A DNA stretch of 64,000 nt from Candidatus Calditenuaceae archaeon HR02 (GCA_002898395.1 BEHE01000007.1:22872-86871); one strand, 5' to 3'; counted from the first letter of the stretch, positions 10,144 through 19,425 are shown. The notes: generated by a model not told the origin, from the sequence alone. Translations and numbers: made by a program.

Positions 10144-10203
10144 CCTTTAAGTAGAGTTACGTGACAACAAGTAGTTAAAAGTTTGACGGCCCTGCACCTC
10201 TCT
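9596..10203 (-). other. Archaeal BHB-type intron in 23S rRNA (608 nt; near E. coli ~1287, numbering from memory)
   Basis: Exon helix GAGGGG/CCCCTC, central helix TGGG/CCCA, bulges AAA and TAT, intron stem GAGAGGT/ACCTCTC; splicing gives GAGGGGTGGGAA|TCCCCTCC. Confidence 0.9.
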
Positions 10204-11374
10204 TTCCCACCCCTCTTCGCTGTCTACTACCACCGGGATCTACATTAGCGGCCGGTCCACGGGACCTCACGGCCCCGCTTCTACCCAACCGCTACGCCCC
10301 CCTACCCCCACCCACGCAGCGCGTGAGTGAGCCCGGGTTTCGGCGGCCCGCTTAGACCCGTCAATTTTCGGGGCCCCCATCCTCGGCGGGTAAGCTGTTA
10401 CGCACTTCTTAGCTGATGGCTGCTTCTAAGCCTACAGCCCCGCTGTCTCAGGATGGAGACGCCCTTTGGTTTGTCACTTAGCGGGCACTTAGGGGCCTTA
10501 ACCCGCGGTCTGGGTTGTTCCCCTCTCGGTCCCGGAGCTTACCCCCGGTACCCCACTCCTGGGATCTACGGTGCCCGCGGATTCGGAGTTCGAAAGGAGA
10601 GTGGAGCCTCATCGGCCCCTTGCTCCCCCATCGGTGCTCTACCCCGCGGGCAGCCTCCCCCAGGGCTGTCCTGCGAGACACTTCGGGGGGAACTAGCTAT
10701 CACCGGGCTCGATTAGCTTTTAACCCCTAGCCCCAGGTCAGGGGACCGATTTGCACATCAAGACCCCTATTCGGGCCTCCACCAGGGTTTCCCCTGGCTT
10801 CGCCCTGCCCAGGGCTAGATCGCCCGGTTTCTAGCCTCACGGGCGTGACTACAGGCCCTTTCAGACCCCGCCCCTCGCCGGAGCACACTCCGGCTGCGGG
10901 CATGTCGGTTTCCCCACGCCTACGGGCTTTCAGCCCTTAGGCTCGCCACACCCGTGAACTCCCCGGCCCGTGATTCAAGACGGAGTGCACGACCCTGGGA
11001 TTGTCCCCACTCGCCCCTCACCGGGGCTTCGCAGGGAATGCCCTTTCGGGCCGTGCTCGTCTGTTACCAGCCGGTTTCAGGCGCTTTTCACCCCCCTCTC
11101 GGGGTACTTTTCACCTTTGGCTCACGCTACTGGTCCACTATCGGTCTTGGGACGTATTTAGCCTTGGAGGCCAGTGGCCCCCAACTTCCCGCACCATATC
11201 CGAGGTGCGGTACTCGGGGACCGGAGCATCGCCCCTCCAGCCTTCGCCTACGGGGCTATCACCCTCTCTGGCCCCCCATTCCAGGGGAGTTCGGCTCAGC
11301 ATTCAGGGCGGGCCTCCGGCCCCATAACCCCACACTCCCCCCGAGTTAACCTCGGGGGGTTCGGTTTGGGCTGC

Positions 11375-11408
<34 letters not shown>

Positions 11409-11642
11409 TTTGATTTCTTTTCCTCCCCCTACTTGGATGCTTCCGTTCGGGGGGTTCCCGATCCCGGACTGAAGGCCCGGGAACGAGGTGGCCGAAGCCA
11501 CCCCAGGAGATCCCATTAGGAGATCCCCGGATCAACGCCCGCCTGCGGCTACCCGGGGCTTATCGCAGCTTGCCACGTCCTTCTTCGGCGCCCAAGCCGA
11601 GGCATCCACCGGCTGGCGTACCCCCGCTTAGTGCCAAGGCGC

Positions 11643-11671
11643 GGCCTACTTCGCCACGCTCCACACACCTC
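11643..11671 (-). other. 5' arm of the 23S pre-rRNA processing stem (BHB)
   Basis: Complementary to 7089-7117. Confidence 0.9.
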
Positions 11672-11782
11672 TGCGGCGCGGTCATAGGAAAGTATTAGCC
11701 TCCTCCCGCATTCATGCCCCTCAGGACTTCATGGCTGAGGAGCAAACATCTCCGTGCGCAATAGATTGTTGTGGGTTGTTGC

Positions 11783-11795
11783 TTATAAATTTATA
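11783..11795 (-). promoter_or_regulatory. Putative 23S rRNA promoter (TATA)
   Basis: TATAAATTTATAA ~150 nt upstream of the mature 5' end; no 16S gene upstream. Confidence 0.6.
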
Positions 11796-11806
11796 TCGGG
11801 TATGCG

Positions 11807-13213
11807 CTAGTCTGTGATTAATACTCTAAGCTCCTCTATATCCTCTTGGAAGCTCGATCTAAGCTTGTCAACTAGGTTGACACCGTTGATCCGGAGGCGC
11901 CCCTTAACTACAATGTCCACGTCTCCGTAAACCTCGTCGATATAGTCTACCTCCTCCCATGTAGAGAGCTTCAGAACCATCTTTGCGGCATCCGCTTGGG
12001 GGCGAAGCTTGAGAAGAATGTAAGCCCGCTCCTCTCCGAAGAATCGTCTCACCAAGTCTTCTTTGACCTCTCGCCCTAAAGCTTCACTTAGATAGCGGGC
12101 TAGCTCTTTTGGAGAGCCCCTCCTCCCGGTCGCCACAACCCTTTTGACGATCTCCTCCACAATCCTCCTGGCATCTACCTCATCTAAGTTGTGGCCGTTT
12201 AGTTTAGCTATCTCTAGGATCAGCTTGTGACTCATATATGGGGTCACAGCATATTTCAGGGCATCCACATCGTATTCGAGCTTCTTTTGAGGCATGTAGC
12301 CTTCAGGCCTCTTAATGACCATTGACTGGTGGACCCCCGCCCTGATAGTCTTGGCCTCATCCGAGAGGGGGTGGCGCCAAGGTATCTGCACGCTTGTGAG
12401 CCTAGAAAACTCGCGATAAATTCGTGCCAGCTCCTCCCGCCTCACCCCAAGGTCATAGCCATAAACATCTTGGAGCGGTGCTACAACCTCGTAAAGGTCC
12501 GCTATCCCATTTCTATCACCGATACCTAGGATTGTGACATGCGCCTCAGCAGCCCCAGCGAGTATGGACTCAATGGTGTTGGCCGATGCGAGGCCATAGT
12601 CGTTGTGAAAGTGTGCAGCGATGGGGAGGCGGCTCCTCTCAATACAATATTCTATGAACTCCCTAGCATCGCGTGGCGTCATGAGCCCTGCTGTATCAGG
12701 CACGCTGAGGAGTGTCGCGCCGGCAGACTTCAGCTCGCCGGTAAACGTGAGAAGATCGTCGAGGACGCCGAAGTTGCGCTCAATGTAGAGCCGCGACGCA
12801 TCTTCGTAGGTTACCCGGACATACTTGAGCCCCAAAGGCTTGACAAGCTCAACCGCCTCCAGCATCCTAGCCTTAGCATCATCATAGTTCATACCACCAA
12901 GCTTGTAGTTTAAGTGTAGCTGGGAGACGGCCAAGTATAGGGCTACGCCGTATAAGTTATACCTGCTCATTGCCTCAATATCATTTCTGTATGCCCGGCC
13001 ATGCATAACTACTTGGACGCCGTTATCGTCTAAGAAGTTAACTAATTTGGCGCCTTCCTCGTAGGATGTCCTGGGAGGATAGTCGACAGTCACCTCAACA
13101 CGCTTTAGACCCGCCTCCACGAGCAGGCTGGCAACCCGGAGCTTCTTATGGATGGGCAACACCTTGTAGAGCTCACCTTCCCTCAATGTGGAGTCGAGGA
13201 GGACGGATGGCAA
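11807..13213 (-). CDS. Homocitrate synthase-like (DRE-TIM) with C-terminal Lrp/RAM-type regulatory domain
   Basis: LLDSTLREGE, HFHNDYGLA.AN, GIGDRNG; C-terminal EVYGDVDIVV. Confidence 0.8.
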   Translation of the reverse strand: MPSVLLDSTLREGELYKVLPIHKKLRVASLLVEAGLKRVEVTVDYPPRTSYEEGAKLVNFLDDNGVQVVMHGRAYRNDIEAMSRYNLYGVALYLAVSQLHLNYKLGGMNYDDAKARMLEAVELVKPLGLKYVRVTYEDASRLYIERNFGVLDDLLTFTGELKSAGATLLSVPDTAGLMTPRDAREFIEYCIERSRLPIAAHFHNDYGLASANTIESILAGAAEAHVTILGIGDRNGIADLYEVVAPLQDVYGYDLGVRREELARIYREFSRLTSVQIPWRHPLSDEAKTIRAGVHQSMVIKRPEGYMPQKKLEYDVDALKYAVTPYMSHKLILEIAKLNGHNLDEVDARRIVEEIVKRVVATGRRGSPKELARYLSEALGREVKEDLVRRFFGEERAYILLKLRPQADAAKMVLKLSTWEEVDYIDEVYGDVDIVVKGRLRINGVNLVDKLRSSFQEDIEELRVLITD

Positions 13214-13267
13214 GGTTGAGTTTTATTAGTTAGACTAGAATTTAAAACTTATTCGACAATTGTATAC

Positions 13268-13282
13268 CGACTATTTTCGTCT
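13268..13282. promoter_or_regulatory. Putative Lrp-family binding site
   Basis: CGACTATTTTCGTCT semi-palindrome ~18 nt upstream of the TTTTAAAT box of the synthase gene. Confidence 0.4.
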
Positions 13283-13403
13283 CAAATCCCTAAAAATTAG
13301 GGAAACTATGCTTATTCAGCCAAGGTCCTAGTTGGGGGAATGGCTGAGACACCGCCATAAATCTATATCTAACAGGGGGTAACTCCTCCTCTGGTGGGCA
13401 AAA

Positions 13404-13649
13404 ATGTCCCCCTCTAAATTACTGGGCTATCTCATGGTTACCCTTTCGCCGATAGGCTTTACCTTTTACACACTGTGGTTCTTTGGACTATTGCAGGGGC
13501 TGGACTCAGATTTAGTGCTTAGGGCCACGGTCTATCTCTTGGCTGTGTCCTTCTTCTTCGTGGTTGGGGTATTGGGATACCTTGTCGTGACAGCACCTAG
13601 GCCTAGAGTTGCCACTAATGGTGATGGAGGTGGGTCTAGGCGTGCCTAA
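13404..13649 (+). CDS. Small two-TM membrane protein
   Basis: Two hydrophobic helices, ATG start, overlaps the next gene. Confidence 0.7.
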   Translation: MSPSKLLGYLMVTLSPIGFTFYTLWFFGLLQGLDSDLVLRATVYLLAVSFFFVVGVLGYLVVTAPRPRVATNGDGGGSRRA

Positions 13650-14487
13650 GAGATACCCTGCCGTGGCTGGCTATTTCTATGAGTCAGACCCCGCGCGACT
13701 AAGGAGGCAGATCGAGCAGTGCTTCACTTCTGGGCACGGGCCAGGCTCCATACCGTCTAGGGGAGGAACGGGTCCGCCGACAGTCCTCATTTCCCCCCAC
13801 GCAGGCTACATGTACTCGGGGCCAGTTGCAGCTCACGGATTCTCTCAAGCCTCTAAGGGACCTCCACCAAAGACTGTAGTAGTGATTGGTCCTAACCATC
13901 ACGGCGAAGGCACGGAGGTCTCGATCTATCCTCCGGGGCAGTGGGTGACACCTCTAGGCGAAATTGATATTGACTCCGAGCTTGCAAATCGCATAATCGA
14001 GGCCAGCGACTTGATCTCCATGGACGAGTACAGTCATGTATATGAGCACTCAATAGAGGTTCAGCTACCCTTCATCCAATACGTGTTTGGGCGCGTGAGG
14101 TTTGTCCCTATCTGCATGCTTAACCAGTCTATTGAGGCAGCTCAACACGTGGGCGAGATTCTCGCGAAGGTCATAGACAGGCTCGAGGACTACCTCGTCA
14201 TAGCCAGCTCAGACTTCACGCACTACGAACCACACGAGGAGGCTGTCAGGAGGGATAGAGCCGTCATTGAGAAGATATTGAAGCTCGACATAGAGGGGTT
14301 CTATACCGAGATGAGAGACAAGAGGGCCACTCTATGCGGGTATGGTGCAATAGGTGCCCTGCTTTGCTATGCCAGACTGAAAGGATACACCACCCCAATA
14401 CTGCTCAAATACGCTACGAGCGGCGACACTAGTGGTGACAAGTCTTCTGTTGTGGGCTATGCCTCGATAGCCTTCCTTCGGGGGTAG
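13642..14487 (+). CDS. MEMO1-family protein (AmmeMemoRadiSam protein B)
   Basis: R.PAVAG.FY, PHAGY.YSG, GPNH, EHSIEVQLPF, SSDFTHY, SVVGY; GTG 13642 chosen. Confidence 0.93.
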   Translation: MPKRYPAVAGYFYESDPARLRRQIEQCFTSGHGPGSIPSRGGTGPPTVLISPHAGYMYSGPVAAHGFSQASKGPPPKTVVVIGPNHHGEGTEVSIYPPGQWVTPLGEIDIDSELANRIIEASDLISMDEYSHVYEHSIEVQLPFIQYVFGRVRFVPICMLNQSIEAAQHVGEILAKVIDRLEDYLVIASSDFTHYEPHEEAVRRDRAVIEKILKLDIEGFYTEMRDKRATLCGYGAIGALLCYARLKGYTTPILLKYATSGDTSGDKSSVVGYASIAFLRG

Positions 14488-14496
14488 CCGTTACGC

Positions 14497-15924
14497 TTAC
14501 TGGTTATATTTCCTGTGTAGCTCATCGGAGTATTCCCAGTACTTGAGAATGATTGGACACCACTCCTTCTCAGGACAGTACCCCAAGTGTTTACACTTCT
14601 CGCCCATCACGCCCTTCAACCATGGAGCCGCCTTCTCCACCTCCCTCCAGAGCTTATACGCAATGGCCCTTTCCTCCCATTGGGCCGCGCTACAAGTCCT
14701 AGTCGCTAGGAACCCCATGGGGCTGAGGATGTTGTAGAGGTTGTAGCTCCTGACGACCCTGATCCTCATCGCGTTGGGGAGTGTGTAGAGGGCAGCCACA
14801 ACCTCGTTCTCCTGCATGAGAGTAGAGTAGAGCGTGTGTAGTTCCTCGCAAGCATTGGTGAATAGTTGTGAGAGCTTGGGGCTAGACTTAATGGATGGGG
14901 GTACGACGAGGCCCTTCTCCGGACTCCTTGACCACCTCTCAGCAGCCTCAACCAGTGACTCAACAACGGTTGGCACAGTCCTATGTCTTATTGCCTGGTG
15001 GTAGGCGGCGAGTGAGAGCGACTCAACTGTCAACGCCCTAACAAGGGGGGAGGCCTGCTCAGCAGCAAGGCCGTCATGCCCTATATCCTCAATACCTCTA
15101 GGGTAATCGAAGGATAGAAGTTCGGCCTCCTCAGATGGTCTATCCCCACAAAGACGTTGGATCAGCCCATCAGGCTCCCTCAATGGGTCCGTGGCCGAGT
15201 AGTATCCCCACCGCGCCTTAAAACTGAGCCTAGAGTCTAGTAGAAGTGGTATTCTGCCGCTAGCCATCTCGAGGAACCTGTTGACAAAGGCCCTCAGCTC
15301 CTTGCTGACTATCCCAACCCCGTCCTCCACCTTCCGGATAAAGTAGATGTGCGACTCGAGTGAGAGGGATGCGTAAAGCGAGGTGGCTGCGGCGAGCGGT
15401 GATAGGTATCGCGCATCTTCTAGTGGGACGCCCTCCCCACAGAGCGTTTTATAGGCCTCGAAGCATCTATCCATCACCTTTGAAAATCTCCCCTCGAATT
15501 TTCCGTTCCTCAGCTCAGCGGGTGTCAGGAGCCTCTCCCTAGTCAGCGGGGCCCTCCGCTGGCTTTCCTGGAGATAGCTTCCGAAAACTGGGGCCACGAG
15601 CAGCATTGACAATAGGCGGCTACAGTTGGAGACTTCCCAGAACATGACCGCCGAAGTTGTAAGAGACGCATGCCCCCTCCTCGTTGATTCCCTGTGAACT
15701 TTTGCCGCTATCTTTGAGAGGTCCTTCCCCTTCGAGAGGGCGTCTAAGACCCGGTCCCGGATACTGACCCCCTGAAACGTGCCGAGGCCCTCAAGAGCGA
15801 TGACAACATCTGGCCCCAGCTCCAGCTCACCCTCCCTATAGACAGGCCCGGTGGAGAACAGAATGAAGACCAGCTCATCAGTATACACGCCTTCTCGCCA
15901 AGCCACTACTACCCTCGCCTCCAT
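14497..15924 (-). CDS. thyX: FAD-dependent thymidylate synthase, duplicated ThyX domains
   Basis: RRGHASL, QESQR, EDARY, HQAIRHR, RTC..AQWE.R. Confidence 0.8.
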   Translation of the reverse strand: MEARVVVAWREGVYTDELVFILFSTGPVYREGELELGPDVVIALEGLGTFQGVSIRDRVLDALSKGKDLSKIAAKVHRESTRRGHASLTTSAVMFWEVSNCSRLLSMLLVAPVFGSYLQESQRRAPLTRERLLTPAELRNGKFEGRFSKVMDRCFEAYKTLCGEGVPLEDARYLSPLAAATSLYASLSLESHIYFIRKVEDGVGIVSKELRAFVNRFLEMASGRIPLLLDSRLSFKARWGYYSATDPLREPDGLIQRLCGDRPSEEAELLSFDYPRGIEDIGHDGLAAEQASPLVRALTVESLSLAAYHQAIRHRTVPTVVESLVEAAERWSRSPEKGLVVPPSIKSSPKLSQLFTNACEELHTLYSTLMQENEVVAALYTLPNAMRIRVVRSYNLYNILSPMGFLATRTCSAAQWEERAIAYKLWREVEKAAPWLKGVMGEKCKHLGYCPEKEWCPIILKYWEYSDELHRKYNQ

Positions 15925-16000
15925 TAAATCATACCTTTTTACTCACATGCCATATAGACACGGTTAATATCTAGCGAGTTTTCGTGCATTTGTAGGGGGC

Positions 16001-16432
16001 TTGGAAGGCGAGAAAGTAGAGAAGAGGCTCTGTAAATCGTCTCGGCACAGGATAGTCGCAGGCGTTCTGGGGGGGATAGCAGAGTATTTGGGAGTAGACC
16101 CAAACATAATCAGGCTAATCTTCGTGGTCGTCCTTTTCTTGAACTTCTATGCGGCATTGGCGCTCTACGTCGCCGCTGCTATTCTACTCCCCTCCGAAAG
16201 CGAGAAGGGTGCTGCAAGAATGCCTGTAGAGAAGGCAATACTGGCTGTGGCGGCTACGATAATGGTCTTCGTCGGTCTAAGCTTTGTATCAAGCCTAACA
16301 GAGGTTCAGAAAATCATAGCTATGCTGGGGTTTTTCACACCGATAGTGGGGCTTGTGCTACTTATCGCCGGCGTCGCCCTCCTGTTCATGGTGCTACGGG
16401 AGCAGAGTAGACCTCGCGGCTCTGCCTCTTGA
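16001..16432 (+). CDS. PspC domain membrane protein
   Basis: KRL.KS...RIVAGVLGGIAEYLGVDP..IRL. Confidence 0.9.
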   Translation: MEGEKVEKRLCKSSRHRIVAGVLGGIAEYLGVDPNIIRLIFVVVLFLNFYAALALYVAAAILLPSESEKGAARMPVEKAILAVAATIMVFVGLSFVSSLTEVQKIIAMLGFFTPIVGLVLLIAGVALLFMVLREQSRPRGSAS

Positions 16433-17564
16433 GCGAGACTCCCGTCAGGGCTACAGGTATCAGGGAGAAGAGTGCTGAGTATTGGAACATGGATGCATAG
16501 GAGGTTGCTTCTGCTATGCTCCCCCAGAGGTAACCGCCGATCACGCCACCCGCGTTGAACGTTGCCCCATATAGCCCCATATACGCTCCGCGCATGCGTT
16601 CTGGGACGAGCTCAGAGGCATAGGCTATCGAGACGACATATAGGCCGCCGAAGGTGAAGCTGTTGAGAGCCTGTGCCAGTATAACAATGTATTTATCAGG
16701 TGATAGTCCTGAGATGGCCAGACGCACCGGGAAAGCCACTAGGCAGAGTAGAAGCACAGGCCTTCTACCAACTCTGTCAGATATCTTACCAAGATACACC
16801 ATGGCCGGTATCTCCGTCAACCCCATCAAGGCGAAGGCTGTAGAGACCTCCAGTGGTGAGGCGCCCAGAGTATTGATCATATGGAGTGAGAGGAAGCTTA
16901 GAATGGACGAGTTGGCCACGAAGGCTAGGGTCATTGTAAGAAGTAGCACGCCTGGTGCGCCCCGCAGGAGGCTAAGAGATGTCGCATTACCACTATCCCG
17001 CCTTCTAAACCTTCCATCTTCCCCAAGACCCCGCATAGTTAAAACCGATAGGCCGATTACGAGTGGGGCGAAGAGAAATATGCTCCTCAAACCGAACAGG
17101 CTTACCAGGGCCCCGCCGAGGAAGGTCCCCGGTATCCAGCCGATACTCCCACCAATGCGTATAGAACCGAAGCCGCTTCCACGCGAGATTCCAGCCCGCT
17201 CCAACGCATCTATTGAATAGGCCGTAACTACTGTGTTGGAAGAGCCCATCCCCACCATGAGTAGTGTAAATATAGCCACTGTGACATACGGGTTAGATAT
17301 CAGCGCCAGCAGCAGATACATTATGGCTGTGAGAACCGTCGAAGATAGTAGTATTTTGAGCCTGCCAACCCTATCTGATAGCCTCCCAATATAGTATGAG
17401 GAGAGGCCTGCTGCAATATTGCTTATCGTGAAGGTCAGACCTATCTGACTAGGCGTCAACCCCCTTACCTCCAGAACAACTGGAAAATAGGGCGCGGCAA
17501 CACCCATGGCGAAATAAAACATCAGATTCCACAACCTCATGGCAGAGATGGGGGAAATACTCAA
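16386..17564 (-). CDS. MFS transporter
   Basis: GRLSDRVGR and GKISDRVGRR motifs; start uncertain (17564 or 17540). Confidence 0.9.
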   Translation of the reverse strand: MSISPISAMRLWNLMFYFAMGVAAPYFPVVLEVRGLTPSQIGLTFTISNIAAGLSSYYIGRLSDRVGRLKILLSSTVLTAIMYLLLALISNPYVTVAIFTLLMVGMGSSNTVVTAYSIDALERAGISRGSGFGSIRIGGSIGWIPGTFLGGALVSLFGLRSIFLFAPLVIGLSVLTMRGLGEDGRFRRRDSGNATSLSLLRGAPGVLLLTMTLAFVANSSILSFLSLHMINTLGASPLEVSTAFALMGLTEIPAMVYLGKISDRVGRRPVLLLCLVAFPVRLAISGLSPDKYIVILAQALNSFTFGGLYVVSIAYASELVPERMRGAYMGLYGATFNAGGVIGGYLWGSIAEATSYASMFQYSALFSLIPVALTGVSLKRQSREVYSAPVAP

Positions 17565-17663
17565 GTCTCCAACAGAAGTGAAACACCTAGTTTTTATATC
17601 TTGGGAGCCTCTAAAAGGGTCTGTCAAAAATTAAAATATGTCTTGAGAAAGGTAGGGTTAAGT

Positions 17664-18188
17664 TTGCGACCCTCTACCTTCCTACTCATCATCTTTCTAG
17701 TTATTGCATCGTCTTCTACGGTCATATGGCTCTATCTGGGTCTCACGGCATCGGCCACCCCCGCGGCCGCCCCCTCATTTAGGGCTGAGGCTCAGGGTGA
17801 GGGTCTAGCCTTCAGGACGGAGAAGGTTATCACTTGGTTATCTGTTTCCTCCTGGCTGGGAGTTGCGGCGACTCTCGCATACAAGGGGCTGGTGAGGCAT
17901 ATGTGGTCTAGGAGCATGTTTGACTATTCTGTTTTCAGGCTTATGGTGAAGATGAGGGGTGCGACGACGCGTGTCAAGATGTTGAAGAGCTTGGAGGTCC
18001 CGATGAACAGGTATCAGCTCTCCAAGGCCCTCGATATAGACTGGAAGACCATTGACAGGAATGTTGAGCTCTTGAAGGCCTACGGCCTAGTCCACGAACA
18101 GCCAGGAGAGGGTGGCGAGAAGCTATACGTCTTGAGCCCACAGGGGAAGCAGCTGCTGGAGCTTTTAGAAAAGCTCTTAGAACCTTAA
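17664..18188 (+). CDS. Membrane-anchored ArsR-like winged-helix protein
   Basis: Two TM segments, then RG..TR..L..PMN.YQLSK.L..DWKTIDRN..LL...GLV; start uncertain (17601 or 17664). Confidence 0.75.
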   Translation: MRPSTFLLIIFLVIASSSTVIWLYLGLTASATPAAAPSFRAEAQGEGLAFRTEKVITWLSVSSWLGVAATLAYKGLVRHMWSRSMFDYSVFRLMVKMRGATTRVKMLKSLEVPMNRYQLSKALDIDWKTIDRNVELLKAYGLVHEQPGEGGEKLYVLSPQGKQLLELLEKLLEP

Positions 18189-18347
18189 AGCCTTATTTCC
18201 TCGCCATGTGGTGGTCTCTAGGTCGCCGTGTGTATCGCCAACAACAGTAGCACTTCTAGCCTCAATCCCGAGGACAGCACTCTCGGCCGAGAGGAGCGGA
18301 ATAGCCTCCTCCACAGCCCTCCGCACATTCCCTAAGCCAAGCGACAA
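18177..18347 (-). pseudogene. 5' fragment of a PPP-family/metallophosphoesterase gene
   Basis: Reads MSLGLGNVRRAVEEAIPLLSAESAVLGIEARSATVVGDTHGDLET, then truncates. Confidence 0.7.
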
Positions 18348-18501
18348 GACCTAAACAACACCCGCATCCCGGTATTTCTAAATAGCCCCACAGAAAATAG
18401 ACGGCTCAAACACATCCAGTCTGAGAAAGGTTTAGGCTTGGAAAGATTGGGAGGGGGGTAGCCGGCGGACAGCCAGCAACATCTAGGAAACCCAAACGAG
18501 A

Positions 18502-18567
18502 CCGGTTGTTTAAACCTTTGACACGACTGGCGAAAGCGCCAGTCTGTTTATAACCCCGACATACCGG
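18502..18567. ncRNA. Candidate dual-guide RNA (bridge/seek/tigRNA-like)
   Basis: Stem CCGGT/ACCGG, symmetric 18x18 internal loop TGTTT-N8-GACAY on both sides, inner 8-bp hairpin. Confidence 0.55.
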
Positions 18568-18582
18568 CTTCTGGTTTTATCC

Positions 18583-19425
18583 CTATTGCTGGGCCTCTAT
18601 GCCCGCCGGCCTCTGGGTCTCCCCTCGGATCGTCAGCCATATTCTCATCAACACATCCTCCTGCTCTCTTGCTCTCGGATTATTTCTAGCGATTATCGAC
18701 ATCGTAAGTCTTTCTAATGCTTTTCGCGCCTCATGTCCATACCTCATATCATACAACCGTCGCCGATACAGCCTCAAATATCCTTGAACCCTCACGAAGG
18801 ACTTACTGAAGTCAACATAGGTCAGTAGCTCGGCTAGAGCCTCCCTAGCCAATACATGATTATCTCCTGTTATTCCGAGTTCTTCAGTGATTTCTTTGAA
18901 GATTGGGTATCTCTCCCCGGCCTCGTCTGAGATCATCTTCGCCAGTATCTCTTTCTCCTCCTCTACCTGTCTTAACAGCCTCCTCAAACCCTCTTGTTCA
19001 GTCTGAGAAGCCGCCCTGACCTGTTTTCCCAACCTCCGATTAATTCTATCCATACATCTAAAGACAGAAACCTTCCTCCTCATTACCAAGAAGTCTTCAC
19101 TAACTCTTCTGAACCATTTGTCTTCGATATGCATCAACACTTTCACGTCACCTCGCCCAGACTTTGGAATACCCAGTCTTCGCCGCATCTCCTCTATCAA
19201 TGTAGGCCTGCGAAGATAGTAAACCTCGACACCCCTCCTAAGAAGCTCAATAAAGCCATCCGTCTGAATTATCGGTATAGTGTCTACGAATAGCTGGTCT
19301 CCAGGGCCTACTGGAATCTCCAATGGAGAATCAGTGTATCTAAAGTTTTCACCATCCATTGTATAGGTTATCCTGTATCCGCTGTCATCCCTTTTACGGT
19401 GAACATCACAGTAGAACCTCATCAA
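18583..19425 (-). CDS. IS110-like protein (RuvC-like, coiled coil, Nop-like C-terminus)
   Basis: FYCDVH, LFVDTIP, GVEVY, KSGRGD, long coiled coil, LGI..A.AELL..DF..YL.L..R.AL. Confidence 0.65.
   Translation of the reverse strand: MMRFYCDVHRKRDDSGYRITYTMDGENFRYTDSPLEIPVGPGDQLFVDTIPIIQTDGFIELLRRGVEVYYLRRPTLIEEMRRRLGIPKSGRGDVKVLMHIEDKWFRRVSEDFLVMRRKVSVFRCMDRINRRLGKQVRAASQTEQEGLRRLLRQVEEEKEILAKMISDEAGERYPIFKEITEELGITGDNHVLAREALAELLTYVDFSKSFVRVQGYLRLYRRRLYDMRYGHEARKALERLTMSIIARNNPRAREQEDVLMRIWLTIRGETQRPAGIEAQQ

Noticed and set aside
18440-18500. Second (donor-binding) loop of a bridge RNA
   Set aside because: Only partial matches to the predicted circle junction; no convincing structure by eye
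18440-18582. Multi-unit TIGR or CRISPR array
   Set aside because: Only one two-guide unit is visible; no repeat-spacer array or cas genes were seen in the window
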